Below the pieces are notes generated by a model. That model did not search any database, was not told where the DNA came from, and was given only the letters and a program-made list of their open reading frames with translations. The position numbers were made by a program, and so were the translations under genes. A stretch of 64,000 bases of DNA from positions 3,596,001 through 3,660,000 of the forward strand of contig NC_000964.3 in assembly GCF_000009045.1 (NCBI RefSeq), given 5' to 3'. The stretch comes from Bacillus subtilis subsp. subtilis str. 168. GTDB taxonomy: Bacteria; Bacillota; Bacilli; Bacillales; Bacillaceae. Below, piece by piece: positions 51,407-62,258 of the stretch (positions are counted from its first letter, which is position 1; each line of letters starts with the position of its first letter).

Positions 51407-52581
51407 TGGCTGAACGCGTTAGAGTGCGTGTGCGAAAAAAGAAAAAGAGCAAACGTAGGAAAATTTTAAAAAGAATAATGTTATTGTTCGCCCTTGCACT
51501 ATTGGTAGTTGTAGGGCTTGGCGGGTATAAACTTTATAAAACCATTAACGCTGCGGATGAATCGTACGATGCCCTATCCCGCGGGAATAAATCAAATCTT
51601 CGCAACGAAGTTGTAGACATGAAGAAAAAACCATTTTCTATTTTATTTATGGGAATAGAGGATTACGCGACTAAAGGACAAAAAGGGAGATCAGACTCTC
51701 TTATTGTTGTTACCCTGGATCCCAAAAATAAAACCATGAAAATGCTGAGCATTCCGCGTGACACACGTGTGCAATTAGCTGGTGACACAACGGGAAGCAA
51801 GACGAAGATCAATGCCGCTTACAGCAAAGGCGGTAAAGATGAAACAGTTGAAACTGTTGAAAACTTCTTGCAAATCCCGATCGATAAATATGTCACAGTT
51901 GATTTTGACGGATTTAAAGATGTGATTAATGAAGTCGGCGGTATTGATGTTGACGTGCCTTTCGATTTCGATGAAAAAAGTGATGTAGACGAAAGCAAAC
52001 GGATTTACTTCAAAAAAGGCGAGATGCATTTGAACGGCGAAGAAGCCTTAGCATATGCCCGGATGAGAAAACAGGATAAACGCGGAGACTTTGGCCGTAA
52101 TGACAGACAAAAACAAATCTTAAACGCGCTGATTGACCGCATGTCAAGTGCAAGCAACATTGCTAAAATTGATAAAATCGCAGAAAAAGCCAGCGAAAAC
52201 GTTGAAACCAATATTCGCATTACTGAAGGTTTAGCGCTTCAGCAGATTTACAGCGGCTTTACCAGCAAAAAAATCGACACATTGAGCATTACAGGTTCTG
52301 ATTTGTATTTAGGGCCTAACAACACATATTACTTTGAACCTGATGCTACAAATCTCGAGAAAGTCAGAAAAACGCTTCAAGAGCATTTAGATTATACTCC
52401 TGATACAAGCACTGGCACTTCCGGTACCGAAGACGGGACTGACAGCTCAAGCAGTTCTGGCAGCACTGGCAGCACTGGCACAACAACTGACGGGACGACG
52501 AACGGAAGCAGCTATTCGAATGACAGCAGCACAAGCTCAAACAACAGTACAACGAATTCAACAACTGATTCATCCTATTAA
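51406..52581 (+). CDS. tagV: LytR-CpsA-Psr wall-polymer ligase TagV (YvhJ)
   Basis: 391 aa. Basic N-terminus plus TM helix, RSDS, SIPRD, KINAAY, ARMRK..GDFGRNDRQ, Ser/Thr-rich tail. Confidence 0.93.
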   Translation: MAERVRVRVRKKKKSKRRKILKRIMLLFALALLVVVGLGGYKLYKTINAADESYDALSRGNKSNLRNEVVDMKKKPFSILFMGIEDYATKGQKGRSDSLIVVTLDPKNKTMKMLSIPRDTRVQLAGDTTGSKTKINAAYSKGGKDETVETVENFLQIPIDKYVTVDFDGFKDVINEVGGIDVDVPFDFDEKSDVDESKRIYFKKGEMHLNGEEALAYARMRKQDKRGDFGRNDRQKQILNALIDRMSSASNIAKIDKIAEKASENVETNIRITEGLALQQIYSGFTSKKIDTLSITGSDLYLGPNNTYYFEPDATNLEKVRKTLQEHLDYTPDTSTGTSGTEDGTDSSSSSGSTGSTGTTTDGTTNGSSYSNDSSTSSNNSTTNSTTDSSY

Positions 52582-52655
52582 AAAATGCCCGGTCCTTTTA
52601 GAGGATCGGGCATTTTTGCGCAGAAAAAAACTCCGGCACATAAGCCGGAGTTTTT
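52581..52655. terminator. Paired terminators of the convergent tagV and tagO
   Basis: aaaaatgcccggtcc..ggatcgggcattttt and aaaaactccggc..gccggagttttt. Confidence 0.85.
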
Positions 52656-53730
52656 AATTCCTTTTCACCAGCCGTTTATAAAACTTTGTAAACGGCTTAA
52701 ATTTTTCATTCACGAGTCCTGTCACTTCTGCTATGATTTGCATAAAAATAATCAAAATGAAGATAATAAACAAAGAAAGCCAAATTGTGGCACTTTTAAG
52801 TACAATCGCACTGATACTGAAAATAAATCCAATTAAATAAATAACTAAGACCGACATCCGATGTGAAAGGCCAAAGGCCATCAGTCTATGGTGAATATGC
52901 GACTTATCAGGCGCTGAAATCGGCTGTTTGTTTAATATTCTTCTGATGATAGCAAATGTTGTATCAAAAATCGGTACGCCTAATATAATAATCGGGATAA
53001 CGATACTGAACAATGTGACACTTTTATACAGGCCTAATAATGAAAGAATCGAGATACTATACCCTAAAAACAGTGATCCCGTATCTCCCATAAAGATTTT
53101 TGCCGGATGGAAGTTGTAAAACAAAAACCCCAGCGTGCTGGCAATAACGACTAATGAGAGTGACAGAATGAGCACTTTTCCGCCGGATAGCGCCATGACA
53201 GCAATCGTTGACAGGCCGATAACAGAAAGACCGGCAGCAAGGCCATCCAATCCATCAATCAGGTTAATTGCGTTCGTGATGCCGACAATCCATAATACCG
53301 TCAGCGGATAAGCCATCCATCCTAACTCAAATCGTTCTGTTAAAAAAGGTACTGAGAAAAAGTCCATTTTTAAGCCAGTGCTTACAATCATAATGGCTAC
53401 ACCTAATTGAATCAAAAACTTAACTTTTGCACTTAATTGATATTTATCGTCAAGAATACCTAACACAATAATGATGAATGCTCCGACTGTAATTGCCGTC
53501 ATCCTTGTTTCTGTGTAAATACCGGATGCAAGCACGCCTGCAACCACCCCGATAAATATGGCCAGCCCGCCCATGCGGGGCATGATTTTGTCATGTACTT
53601 TTCGATTGCTGGGCTGGTCAACTGCACCTATTTTAATCGCAATCCTTTTTACGATTGGGGTTATGATTAAAACTGTCAGCAGCGAGACAATAAACGCAAC
53701 AACAATGCGAATCATGCGTTCGTCAAGCAT
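52654..53730 (-). CDS. tagO: UDP-GlcNAc:undecaprenyl-phosphate GlcNAc-1-P transferase
   Basis: 358 aa with RKVH..MPRMGG, LDD, NAINLIDGLDGL, FMGDTGS and DKSHIHH. Confidence 0.97.
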   Translation of the reverse strand: MLDERMIRIVVAFIVSLLTVLIITPIVKRIAIKIGAVDQPSNRKVHDKIMPRMGGLAIFIGVVAGVLASGIYTETRMTAITVGAFIIIVLGILDDKYQLSAKVKFLIQLGVAIMIVSTGLKMDFFSVPFLTERFELGWMAYPLTVLWIVGITNAINLIDGLDGLAAGLSVIGLSTIAVMALSGGKVLILSLSLVVIASTLGFLFYNFHPAKIFMGDTGSLFLGYSISILSLLGLYKSVTLFSIVIPIIILGVPIFDTTFAIIRRILNKQPISAPDKSHIHHRLMAFGLSHRMSVLVIYLIGFIFSISAIVLKSATIWLSLFIIFILIIFMQIIAEVTGLVNEKFKPFTKFYKRLVKRN

Positions 53731-53874
53731 AAAGAAGTCTCCTTTGGAATTAAATGAAGTCTTTATTTATATAGAGAACCGTTCCTTCCATTATACCTTC
53801 TCCTTAGTTATTATAACAAGCTTCATCAAAAAGAAACACGTATAATCAAAAAACGCGCATCCCAATTTATAGGA

Positions 53875-55068
53875 CTACGCATGTTTTTGAATCCCTGTAT
53901 ATTTCATAATTTGTCTAAATAAGCAATTCCAATCTTGTGTCCGGGCGATGTTTCGGCGCATTTCTTTATAGGTCTCGTCTCCGTTTTGACCGAGAACTTT
54001 TTCACAAGCGGCTATAAAATCAATCGGATGATCGCCCTCTACATATTCGTATACATACGGCTTTTGCATTTTTGAGGTTGACGGAAGATTAGTGCCTACA
54101 ACAGGTTTTCCTGCCGCTAAAAATTCAAATAGTTTCAGCGGAAACACAGCTTGATTATACGGTGATTGTTTATATGGCATAATGCCAATGTCGATAAGCT
54201 CCATATAATGAGGCACTTCTTTTGGATCTGCCGGACCGGTCCATATGACATTGGGAAGCCTCAGCAGCTCTTGAAACGAAACATCACCATTGGTGGCATC
54301 CGGGCCAACCCATAAAAATGTCCAATCAGGCTTTTGCAGTGCCGCTTCTTTAATCATTTTAAAATCGAGCTTCGGTTTAATCCCGCCAATAAAACCTAAC
54401 ACTATTCCTTCTCTCCCCTGCAGTATACTGCGATCGGGAGCTTGTTTATTTGCAGAAAACAGCTCATACTCCACACCGTTTTCCACAGTATGAACCTTTT
54501 CTCGTCCTGCAGTCAGTTTTTTGTCTACTTCCTTGTGAAGATAATCTGATGAACAGGTTATTGAATCTGCTCGTTGTATAATTCTCAGCTCTGCCGATTT
54601 AATGACTTTTCGCCGGAATTCAGACAGCAGATTTGATCGGCCGCTGATCGGCGCAGCCCATAGGTCACTGCAGTCATAAATGACCTGATCCCAAGAATAC
54701 AGCGAAGACAGCAGCGGGAATCCGGGAAACGTGTACCATAAACAGCAGCGTTCACCGTTTGCAGAAGCAGGTGTAAGCTCATCGAGTAATGGGGAGAGCT
54801 TATGTCTGTAAAAGACATCTGTATATCGTCCGAAACGAAACATTTTTTTCTGCAGCAGGTCTTTGACAGCGAATTGCCTGATGCCAGAATGGACTTCCTG
54901 AAACTCTTTCCCTTGGGCACGCGGAGCCGGACATACCCAAATAACTTCCTTCGTTTCCTCCTGAGCAGCTAAAAATTCTGCCAGCCGGTGCCTTCTGTAT
55001 CTCAATTGGTCTTTTCCCCATTCAGCAGTGGCAACGATGACATGAATGATTGCTTCTTTTGTTTCCAC
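53875..55068 (-). CDS. tuaH: Teichuronic acid glycosyltransferase TuaH (GT-B)
   Basis: 397 aa with FPLKLFEFLAAGKPVV motif. Confidence 0.92.
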   Translation of the reverse strand: METKEAIIHVIVATAEWGKDQLRYRRHRLAEFLAAQEETKEVIWVCPAPRAQGKEFQEVHSGIRQFAVKDLLQKKMFRFGRYTDVFYRHKLSPLLDELTPASANGERCCLWYTFPGFPLLSSLYSWDQVIYDCSDLWAAPISGRSNLLSEFRRKVIKSAELRIIQRADSITCSSDYLHKEVDKKLTAGREKVHTVENGVEYELFSANKQAPDRSILQGREGIVLGFIGGIKPKLDFKMIKEAALQKPDWTFLWVGPDATNGDVSFQELLRLPNVIWTGPADPKEVPHYMELIDIGIMPYKQSPYNQAVFPLKLFEFLAAGKPVVGTNLPSTSKMQKPYVYEYVEGDHPIDFIAACEKVLGQNGDETYKEMRRNIARTQDWNCLFRQIMKYTGIQKHA

Positions 55069-55096
55069 CTTCATCACCTTTTCTCTCTGTTTGCAG

Positions 55097-55855
55097 CTAT
55101 AATCTTTTTTTCACCGCGTTTTTTGCATATTGAACAAAACACCATGTTGCTTTCATAAAATGAAGCCGTTCGATCTCCCTGTAGACAAACCACGTTTTTT
55201 TCGCAGCCTTCCATTTGTTGCTGGAAATTGAATTATTGACAAGCCGATATTCAGCCAGGCATTCATTCATTCCATAGGCAGTAAATCCTTTTTTTAAAAG
55301 AGACAGCCATGTGGCTAAGTCCTGTCTCGTTCTGATATTCGGCATTTGGATCTGTCCCGTTTGCTCCCTGTCAATCATCACCGTCAAGCAGCCGATAATT
55401 GTATTTTTCAGGGCGTCATCGTACGTCAGGCTTTCCGGCGCATGAATAAATTTATCGAGCGGGGTCCCGTCCTGCGCCATTAAGCTGTAGCCCGTGAAAG
55501 AGAACGCACAGGAGCGCTCCATCATAAACTCAAGCTGCTTTTCCAGTTTGTCTTTTTTCCATTTGTCATCACTGTCCAAAAATGCTACGTAGCGCCCTTG
55601 AGCGCGTTCCAACGCTTTGTTGCGAGCAACCGCAGCTCCGGAGTTCTCTTCCAGATACACCACATGAATTCTTTCGTCTATTTTTTCATACTGCTGTAAA
55701 ATGTCGCGGGTCCCATCCGTTGAGCAATCATCCACGATAATCATTTCCCAATGAGGATGGCTCTGATCTAATACCGAATGAACCGTGTCTTCAATATAGT
55801 CACGCGCATTATAGGAAGGTGTAATGACAGATACGAGAGGTTTCCAATTGGTCAT
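55097..55855 (-). CDS. tuaG: Teichuronic acid glycosyltransferase TuaG (GT2)
   Basis: 252 aa with VSVITPSYN, VDDCSTD and AFLDSDD. Confidence 0.94.
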   Translation of the reverse strand: MTNWKPLVSVITPSYNARDYIEDTVHSVLDQSHPHWEMIIVDDCSTDGTRDILQQYEKIDERIHVVYLEENSGAAVARNKALERAQGRYVAFLDSDDKWKKDKLEKQLEFMMERSCAFSFTGYSLMAQDGTPLDKFIHAPESLTYDDALKNTIIGCLTVMIDREQTGQIQMPNIRTRQDLATWLSLLKKGFTAYGMNECLAEYRLVNNSISSNKWKAAKKTWFVYREIERLHFMKATWCFVQYAKNAVKKRL

Positions 55856-55878
55856 GATCACATCTCCATCGTATGATT

Positions 55879-56559
55879 TTAAAAGGATTCTCTGAAAAAT
55901 TCAGGAATGACAACGAACATAAAGGCAATCGTAAGGCCAATCATAACGCCGAGAACTGCTTTCTTTTTCGGAGACATACCGCCGCCTGCTGTCTCACTTA
56001 CGGTTTCGGAATCAGTAACACTTGCCGCTTTCAGGTTAAGCTGTGTGTTTTTGAGTTCATATAAAAATCTCTCTTTATCCACTTTGGAATCCTCGCTCAC
56101 CGACTCGCCTTCAAGCGCGTCTATGCTGCTGCGGATGACGGCTTCTCTTTCTGCATACAGCTTTTGATCGTTTTTGAGGAAGGTGGAGGATATGGCGTTT
56201 AAGACAGATTCCGTTCTATCCTTATCCTCGTCACTATAGCTTAAAGTCAGTAACGATTTGGATTCCGTATTGATTGTAAGCTTCTCTTTGATCTCTGCTA
56301 CATCTTCATCCTTTTCATCAGGAAGCGCCTCCTTCAAAAAGGAGTCGCTCTTTAATAGAAGCGGAATCTCTTCTGTGCTGTTATAAACCGGATGATCATA
56401 GCTCCCCACAGCCAAAGTATCTTCAGCTGTATAGCTCTTTTGATCAGCGATCTGTGACGGCAGGATATACCCCGCCGCACCTAATATAATTGGCACCGCT
56501 ATGATCCAAATGATATTTTTTTTTATGCGACGGGCTATTCTTATCAATATATCGTTCAT
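55879..56559 (-). CDS. tuaF: TuaF, Wzz-like chain-length membrane protein
   Basis: 226 aa with N- and C-terminal TM helices and SPKK before the last helix. Confidence 0.88.
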   Translation of the reverse strand: MNDILIRIARRIKKNIIWIIAVPIILGAAGYILPSQIADQKSYTAEDTLAVGSYDHPVYNSTEEIPLLLKSDSFLKEALPDEKDEDVAEIKEKLTINTESKSLLTLSYSDEDKDRTESVLNAISSTFLKNDQKLYAEREAVIRSSIDALEGESVSEDSKVDKERFLYELKNTQLNLKAASVTDSETVSETAGGGMSPKKKAVLGVMIGLTIAFMFVVIPEFFRESF

Positions 56560-56587
56560 ATAAGTCTCCCTGCTTTTTGTAGTCTGT

Positions 56588-58054
56588 TTATCTGTACATC
56601 GGCTCAGGCATTTGTCTGGATCGCCTTAACACATTCACGGCGGCGATGACGAGCGCCATAAACACCCAATGGAAAAATAAATTTGAAACAGAGCTTGGGC
56701 TGATACTTGATACCAGGAAACTGACCATAGCGGTAATAAGTCCTTCTGTGATCAGTTTTGACTGATTTTCTAATTTTCTTTCATAAAACTTGTAAAGCAC
56801 CCATATGAGGTAGGCATAAACGGACAAATATCCCAGCATGATGAACAAACCAAAATTAGCAAGAATTTCAACAAGCCAGTTATGCACCTCTGCCACATTG
56901 TCAGTATCATATACAGCATAATGCTCAAGATAATAGGATACATTTCCTGCCCCGACTCCGAATCCGTATGAATCAAGGAAAAAATGCCAAGCGTTTTTCA
57001 GCAGATTTGCCCGAGCCACATTTGATGGAAGCCTGTCATGAAATGAATGCAGCGTCTGCGGGGCCAGAAACAGCTCCCAAAACTTTGAATAGATTTTGCT
57101 GGCGAAAAGAACTGCGAAAAGAGCAATTCCCGCCGCCGACAGCCATATAGCCATTCTCTTTAAAACAGGCGGCAATACAATGAAGATGTAGACAGCAATA
57201 CCTGCAAAAATGCCCAGAAGGCTGGCTCTTGAACCAGTGGCAAAAATTAAATACAACGCACAGAGCGAGAGCACAAGGCCAATTGCCTTGATGTATCCAT
57301 TCTTAATGTTTTTCATCATCGTGATGTAAAAAAAGAAGCTGATGGATAAAAAGGTCGCAAAGTCATTTTGATTAAAAAAGACCGATGTCGGATAATGCTG
57401 CTTGTACTCCGGTCCGCTGTACAATGTGGAACTCGCAAGATGATGGTGGGTGATATGATTGTAAAAACCAATGATCATCAGAAATACCGTCATCACCAGC
57501 CAAATGGCATAAACAATCATCAGCCGCTCCATTTTTTGCACGTACATGACAATAAGATAAATGAAGAAGATCCCCATTGCCAATAAGGCTAAATACTTGA
57601 GGCCAACTGTTACCGACTTGGCCCACAGCAGAGAAACAAGGCCATATATAAACCAAAAGGCGAAAAAGAGTAAAATCCCTTTTACTTGCAGCCCATGCCA
57701 TCTTTCAATATGGGTTCGATTCCGAACCATGCCGAAAATATGAAGGCAACCCGCTGCAATGAGCAGAAGCCGGTAAAGGAACAAACTGAAAAATCCAAGA
57801 TGAATGGCAAAAAATGCATTATTTAAAAAAGTGCAGGCGATCAAAATATAGATTACAGCCATAAAGAGCCGTTCTTTTGTTGTAAATGCGGTTGCAAGCG
57901 TCAGTAAAAACAGGCCAATTGCCAACACCGCAAGCACAGCAGCCATCTGCATGAAACCTATATCTTTATGGATGGCTCCCAGCAATAGGACGACTCCAAA
58001 TATAGCAGCGGCCAGTAACGCTAGCGTATGGACCGCTGATCGTTTGATACTCAC
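56588..58054 (-). CDS. tuaE: TuaE, Wzy-like polymerase
   Basis: 488 aa multi-TM with NQND, TGSRAS, GFGVGAGN and HN motifs. Confidence 0.92.
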   Translation of the reverse strand: MSIKRSAVHTLALLAAAIFGVVLLLGAIHKDIGFMQMAAVLAVLAIGLFLLTLATAFTTKERLFMAVIYILIACTFLNNAFFAIHLGFFSLFLYRLLLIAAGCLHIFGMVRNRTHIERWHGLQVKGILLFFAFWFIYGLVSLLWAKSVTVGLKYLALLAMGIFFIYLIVMYVQKMERLMIVYAIWLVMTVFLMIIGFYNHITHHHLASSTLYSGPEYKQHYPTSVFFNQNDFATFLSISFFFYITMMKNIKNGYIKAIGLVLSLCALYLIFATGSRASLLGIFAGIAVYIFIVLPPVLKRMAIWLSAAGIALFAVLFASKIYSKFWELFLAPQTLHSFHDRLPSNVARANLLKNAWHFFLDSYGFGVGAGNVSYYLEHYAVYDTDNVAEVHNWLVEILANFGLFIMLGYLSVYAYLIWVLYKFYERKLENQSKLITEGLITAMVSFLVSSISPSSVSNLFFHWVFMALVIAAVNVLRRSRQMPEPMYR

Positions 58055-58138
58055 ATGTTTAACCCCTTTCCTGATGTTTCAGGAGCCGGCGGCCGAGCCT
58101 AGCAGCCGGCAGCTTCAACCAAGTAACACTTTTTCTTT

Positions 58139-59524
58139 TTATAAATTGACGCTTCCCAAGTCTTTAGCCAATTCTTCAAGCGGCAAGCCCGGAAAATACT
58201 TGTCAGAGGGTTCCGTTCCCCGAACAGCGGGACGGCCGATAGAGTGATAAATGTATCCGGCTGCCTGCATCTCTTCAAGTGAAAATAAATTTCTGCCGTC
58301 AATGATGACTGGCTGTTTTAAGAGGGTTTTCACTTTTACAAGCTCCATTTCTTTCACTTCCGGCCAATCCGTTAAAATCAGGCATGCATCAGTGTCTTCC
58401 ATCGCAGCATACACATCTGTGTAATACTCGACCTGTTCGCCAAGGATCGCTGAAGCTTCAGGAATAGCAATCGGATCGTATGCTTTTACATGGGCGCCCA
58501 GCTGCTGCAGCATTGGGATAATATCAAGCGCTGGAGCGGATCTCACATCGTTCGTATTCGGTTTGAAGGCTAATCCCAGGACTGAAATGGTTCTCCCTTT
58601 GACGCTTCCCATAACAGTCAAAAGTTTATCTACAATATGAACACGCTGCTTTTCGTTCGTTTCAATGACAGCTTCGATGAGCTTGAATGGATAGCCTGCC
58701 GATTTTGCGATTTGAAGCAGCGCGGTTGTATCCTTTGGAAAACATGAACCGCCGAATCCAATACCAGCTTTAAGGAACTTTCTGCCGATACGGCTGTCAA
58801 GACCAACACCATCAGCAACTTTTGAAACGTCTGCGCCGACTCGCTCACAAATGTTTGCGATATCGTTGATAAAGGAAATCTTTGTCGCCAGAAATGCATT
58901 CGCGGCGTATTTAATCATTTCTGCACTTTCTAGGTTTGTTTTAATGACAGGAGCATGGAATGGCTGATGAAGTTCCTCAATGATGGCAGCGGCTTTATGA
59001 CTTGTTGAACCAATCACGGCACGCTCCATATTCATCGTGTCATGAATCGCTGACCCTTCCCGAAGGAATTCAGGGTTAGATACAACATCAAATGAGTATC
59101 TCCCCTTTGAGGCTTTTTGAACGATAGATTGCACCAGTTTCCCTGTTCCAACCGGGACTGTGCTTTTATTTACGATCACTTTGTAGCCGTTAAGATGCTC
59201 ACCGATTGTTTTCGCCGCCGCTTTGACGTACGTTAAATCAGCTTCACCTGTTTTGGACATAGGCGTTCCGACTGCAATATAAATAATATCTGAGGCCCGA
59301 ATGGCAGACGGGATATCGTTCGTAAAGGTCAGGCGCTGATCCAGCACATTTTTTTCAACTAAGTCTGCAAGCCCTGGTTCATAGATTGGGATTACCCCAT
59401 TTTTCAGGCTTCTGATTTTTGATTCATCGATATCACAGCAAACAACTTTATTGCCGATCTCCGCAAAGCAAGTGCCTGATACGAGTCCTACATAACCTGT
59501 TCCAATGACAGCTATTTTTTTCAC
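58139..59524 (-). CDS. tuaD: UDP-glucose 6-dehydrogenase
   Basis: 461 aa from GTG. GTGYVG, NPEFLREG and GFGGSCFPKD. Confidence 0.97.
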   Translation of the reverse strand: MKKIAVIGTGYVGLVSGTCFAEIGNKVVCCDIDESKIRSLKNGVIPIYEPGLADLVEKNVLDQRLTFTNDIPSAIRASDIIYIAVGTPMSKTGEADLTYVKAAAKTIGEHLNGYKVIVNKSTVPVGTGKLVQSIVQKASKGRYSFDVVSNPEFLREGSAIHDTMNMERAVIGSTSHKAAAIIEELHQPFHAPVIKTNLESAEMIKYAANAFLATKISFINDIANICERVGADVSKVADGVGLDSRIGRKFLKAGIGFGGSCFPKDTTALLQIAKSAGYPFKLIEAVIETNEKQRVHIVDKLLTVMGSVKGRTISVLGLAFKPNTNDVRSAPALDIIPMLQQLGAHVKAYDPIAIPEASAILGEQVEYYTDVYAAMEDTDACLILTDWPEVKEMELVKVKTLLKQPVIIDGRNLFSLEEMQAAGYIYHSIGRPAVRGTEPSDKYFPGLPLEELAKDLGSVNL

Positions 59525-59585
59525 AGCGCTCAACCCTCTCCTGTAAAATGATCTTCCAATTTATAATGGTCGCAGTGTCTTACGA

Positions 59586-60755
59586 TTAAACGGACGTTTT
59601 CGTGACCGTCTGATACTGATGATGCAAGGCCTTGGCGTTTTTTCCTGCGTCAAATTGAGCCTGCACGGTTTCATACAAGTCATCTGCTACTTCCGGCTTC
59701 CATATTTGCTCATGTTCGTACCGAGTGATCGCTTCCGCCAAGGCTTGAGCGGATTTCGGTTTAATCAGCAGATGTTGGTGCTTTCCGAATAAAGACGACA
59801 CTCCGCCAACATCCGTACAAATAACAGGAACCCTTAGCGCCAGCGCCTCAATCACAACAGTCGGCATCCCCTCACTGTAAGAAGGAAGTACGAATAGATC
59901 TGCCGCAAGTAAATAGTCTCTTACCTGATGATTCGGGACTTGGCCTGTGACGATATGCCCCTTCTGCGTCAGCGTCGATTTTGCGGGACCATCCCCGACA
60001 AAGACTGCCTTAGGAGAGTCCTGCAGCGATTCGATCGCTTCAGACAGTTCAAAAATGCCTTTCTCTCTGACCAGCCGGCCGACATAGACAGCCAGACGCT
60101 GATCGAGCGGGAGTCCGAGTCTTTTTCTGATTTCCTCTTTCGTCTCCTCATTCCCCTGAAAACGGCTGAGCTGTATGCCGATTGGCAAAACCGAGCTGTC
60201 AAAGCCCGAAAGCTTTTTGGCTTCTTCCTGAAGCTTGTGGCTGACTGCTAAAACAACTGACGCAGAACCTACGGCACGCTTGAAGGCTTTAAACGCACCT
60301 TTGCTGTAATGCGGATAGACATTCACATCACTGCCATGCAAGGTCAGGACATAAGGAATTTGCGCTGACTCTGACACGACTGCCGCAGCCCCGCCCGATG
60401 GCATGGCAAAATGCGCATGGATCAGATCCGGATATAGGTCGCGCTGTTTCATTGTTTTTAAAACGGCTGATGCGATTCTCCGATGAGGCTGCGCCCACTT
60501 CAGCTGGCCGGGAACTGCCCGATAGAAAGGCCGGTAAACCGGTATCCCCTTTCTAATCTCATACTCCGGTCTGACATCCTTTTTTCGATATGTCTTTTTC
60601 AGCATGCGGACAGGTGCTGAATGAAAAGGCCGTGGGCATATCACAGTGATATCAAGCCCGAGTTTTTGCAGCTCTTGCACCTGTGTCTCATGAAACACAC
60701 CCTCTCCGGGTTTCATACTGCTCGGATATACGCTTGTGATCCACAAAATCTTCAT
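59586..60755 (-). CDS. tuaC: Teichuronic acid glycosyltransferase TuaC (GT4)
   Basis: 389 aa from MKILWITS (ATGA overlap with tuaB); TLHGSD and EGMPTVVIEA. Confidence 0.94.
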   Translation of the reverse strand: MKILWITSVYPSSMKPGEGVFHETQVQELQKLGLDITVICPRPFHSAPVRMLKKTYRKKDVRPEYEIRKGIPVYRPFYRAVPGQLKWAQPHRRIASAVLKTMKQRDLYPDLIHAHFAMPSGGAAAVVSESAQIPYVLTLHGSDVNVYPHYSKGAFKAFKRAVGSASVVLAVSHKLQEEAKKLSGFDSSVLPIGIQLSRFQGNEETKEEIRKRLGLPLDQRLAVYVGRLVREKGIFELSEAIESLQDSPKAVFVGDGPAKSTLTQKGHIVTGQVPNHQVRDYLLAADLFVLPSYSEGMPTVVIEALALRVPVICTDVGGVSSLFGKHQHLLIKPKSAQALAEAITRYEHEQIWKPEVADDLYETVQAQFDAGKNAKALHHQYQTVTKTSV

Positions 60756-62203
60756 GACAAACGTCCTTTTCTTAGTAGTTTGCTTTTCGTTTGAGGGTAC
60801 GCTTTTACCAAAAGAAAGAGATAGCACAGCGCCCCAGCCGCAACTGAAATGGCCAGCCGCATTTCTGCCTGCATACTGAAGTGTTCGGTACTGAGGCTTA
60901 CACCAAACGCGATGATGCCCATCGCCGCAGTAATCAGAAATGGCTTCATAATCGACTGGAAATAAGCTGAAAGGTTAAGCTTGATGACATATGCCAAAAG
61001 CCAGCGCCCAATCAGGAAATTAACAACGCTGATAATGGCATACACCCATGCGACTGTCAGCAGGCTTCCCGTCTGTACAGCTGCAAACAGTGATAATCCG
61101 TACAGCAGCAGCACGCCGGAATCCCAATAAAACGCTAAGTCAGCTCTTCCTTTAGCCAGCAACACAGATCCATTTGGATTCATGAGCACTCTTAGTATTC
61201 CGACAATCGCAAGAACATTTAGGATCGGAACAGCAGCAAGCCATTTTTCTCCGAAAACCGCTGTGATAAAGGCGTCTGACACAGACACGAGCCCGATTAA
61301 CAGCGGAAACGAAACAAGCGCCAGCATTTTTGTCATATTCAGAAAGCCTTCTCTGATCACGCTGTTTTCATATTTGTTTTTTGCGAAAATAGGGAATGCC
61401 ACCCGTGTGACAATCGGATTGATCTTCAAAACCGGAATGGTGACAATCTGATAAGCGAGGTTATAAATCCCCAATGCTTCAGCACCAATAAACCGGCCGA
61501 TCAAAATCATGTCGATATTTGCTCCCAGCCTGTTCACAAGACGGGATGAAAGCTGAAAGGCTCCAAAAGAAAAGAAATCCTTCATGCCTCTCAAATCAAA
61601 AACAAAAGCAGGATGCCACTTTTTTCGGTATACAGCCCAATATAAAATCCCTTTACTGGACTGCAGCAGGACTTGAGAAATCACGTACGCCAAAATCGCA
61701 TCCATCATAAAAACCGCTATCGCTAAATATCCGAATGACAATACATTTGAAAAAATCTCTATTTTGCTTAACGTATTAAAATGCAGCTGCTTTTGCAGCA
61801 TATACTGATATTGCTGTCCAATTGGCGCGATCAAAAACATAATCGCCAGAATCCGAACCAGAAACACCAGCTCTTCTCTTTGATAAAATCCCGCAATGAC
61901 AGGACTGCTCACATATAAAAGAACAAACAGCAAAACGCCCGTCATAATGTTAAGCCAATACAATGTTGACAGCTGGCGCTCCGTCGCGTCGTCTCTCTGA
62001 ATTAATGCTGCGCCAAAACCCATATCGAGCACAATCTGGGCGAAAACTGTAACCGTTGTGATCATGCCGACAAGCCCAAATTCTGTTAAGGTCATCATAT
62101 TTCCAAGCAGGGCAAACTGAACAATTTGTATGATTGTAATACACATGGTTGAAATACTTGTCCACTTTGCACCGCTCATGATTTGTTTTGTAATACTTGG
62201 CAT
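60752..62203 (-). CDS. tuaB: Wzx-like flippase TuaB
   Basis: 483 aa multi-TM MOP family; DMGFGAALIQ and GIYNLAYQ. Confidence 0.93.
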   Translation of the reverse strand: MPSITKQIMSGAKWTSISTMCITIIQIVQFALLGNMMTLTEFGLVGMITTVTVFAQIVLDMGFGAALIQRDDATERQLSTLYWLNIMTGVLLFVLLYVSSPVIAGFYQREELVFLVRILAIMFLIAPIGQQYQYMLQKQLHFNTLSKIEIFSNVLSFGYLAIAVFMMDAILAYVISQVLLQSSKGILYWAVYRKKWHPAFVFDLRGMKDFFSFGAFQLSSRLVNRLGANIDMILIGRFIGAEALGIYNLAYQIVTIPVLKINPIVTRVAFPIFAKNKYENSVIREGFLNMTKMLALVSFPLLIGLVSVSDAFITAVFGEKWLAAVPILNVLAIVGILRVLMNPNGSVLLAKGRADLAFYWDSGVLLLYGLSLFAAVQTGSLLTVAWVYAIISVVNFLIGRWLLAYVIKLNLSAYFQSIMKPFLITAAMGIIAFGVSLSTEHFSMQAEMRLAISVAAGALCYLFLLVKAYPQTKSKLLRKGRLS

Positions 62204-62258
62204 CATATTCCCTACTTCTTTTTAAGCTCAGATTGATGGTGAATAATGGAATCCCGTT

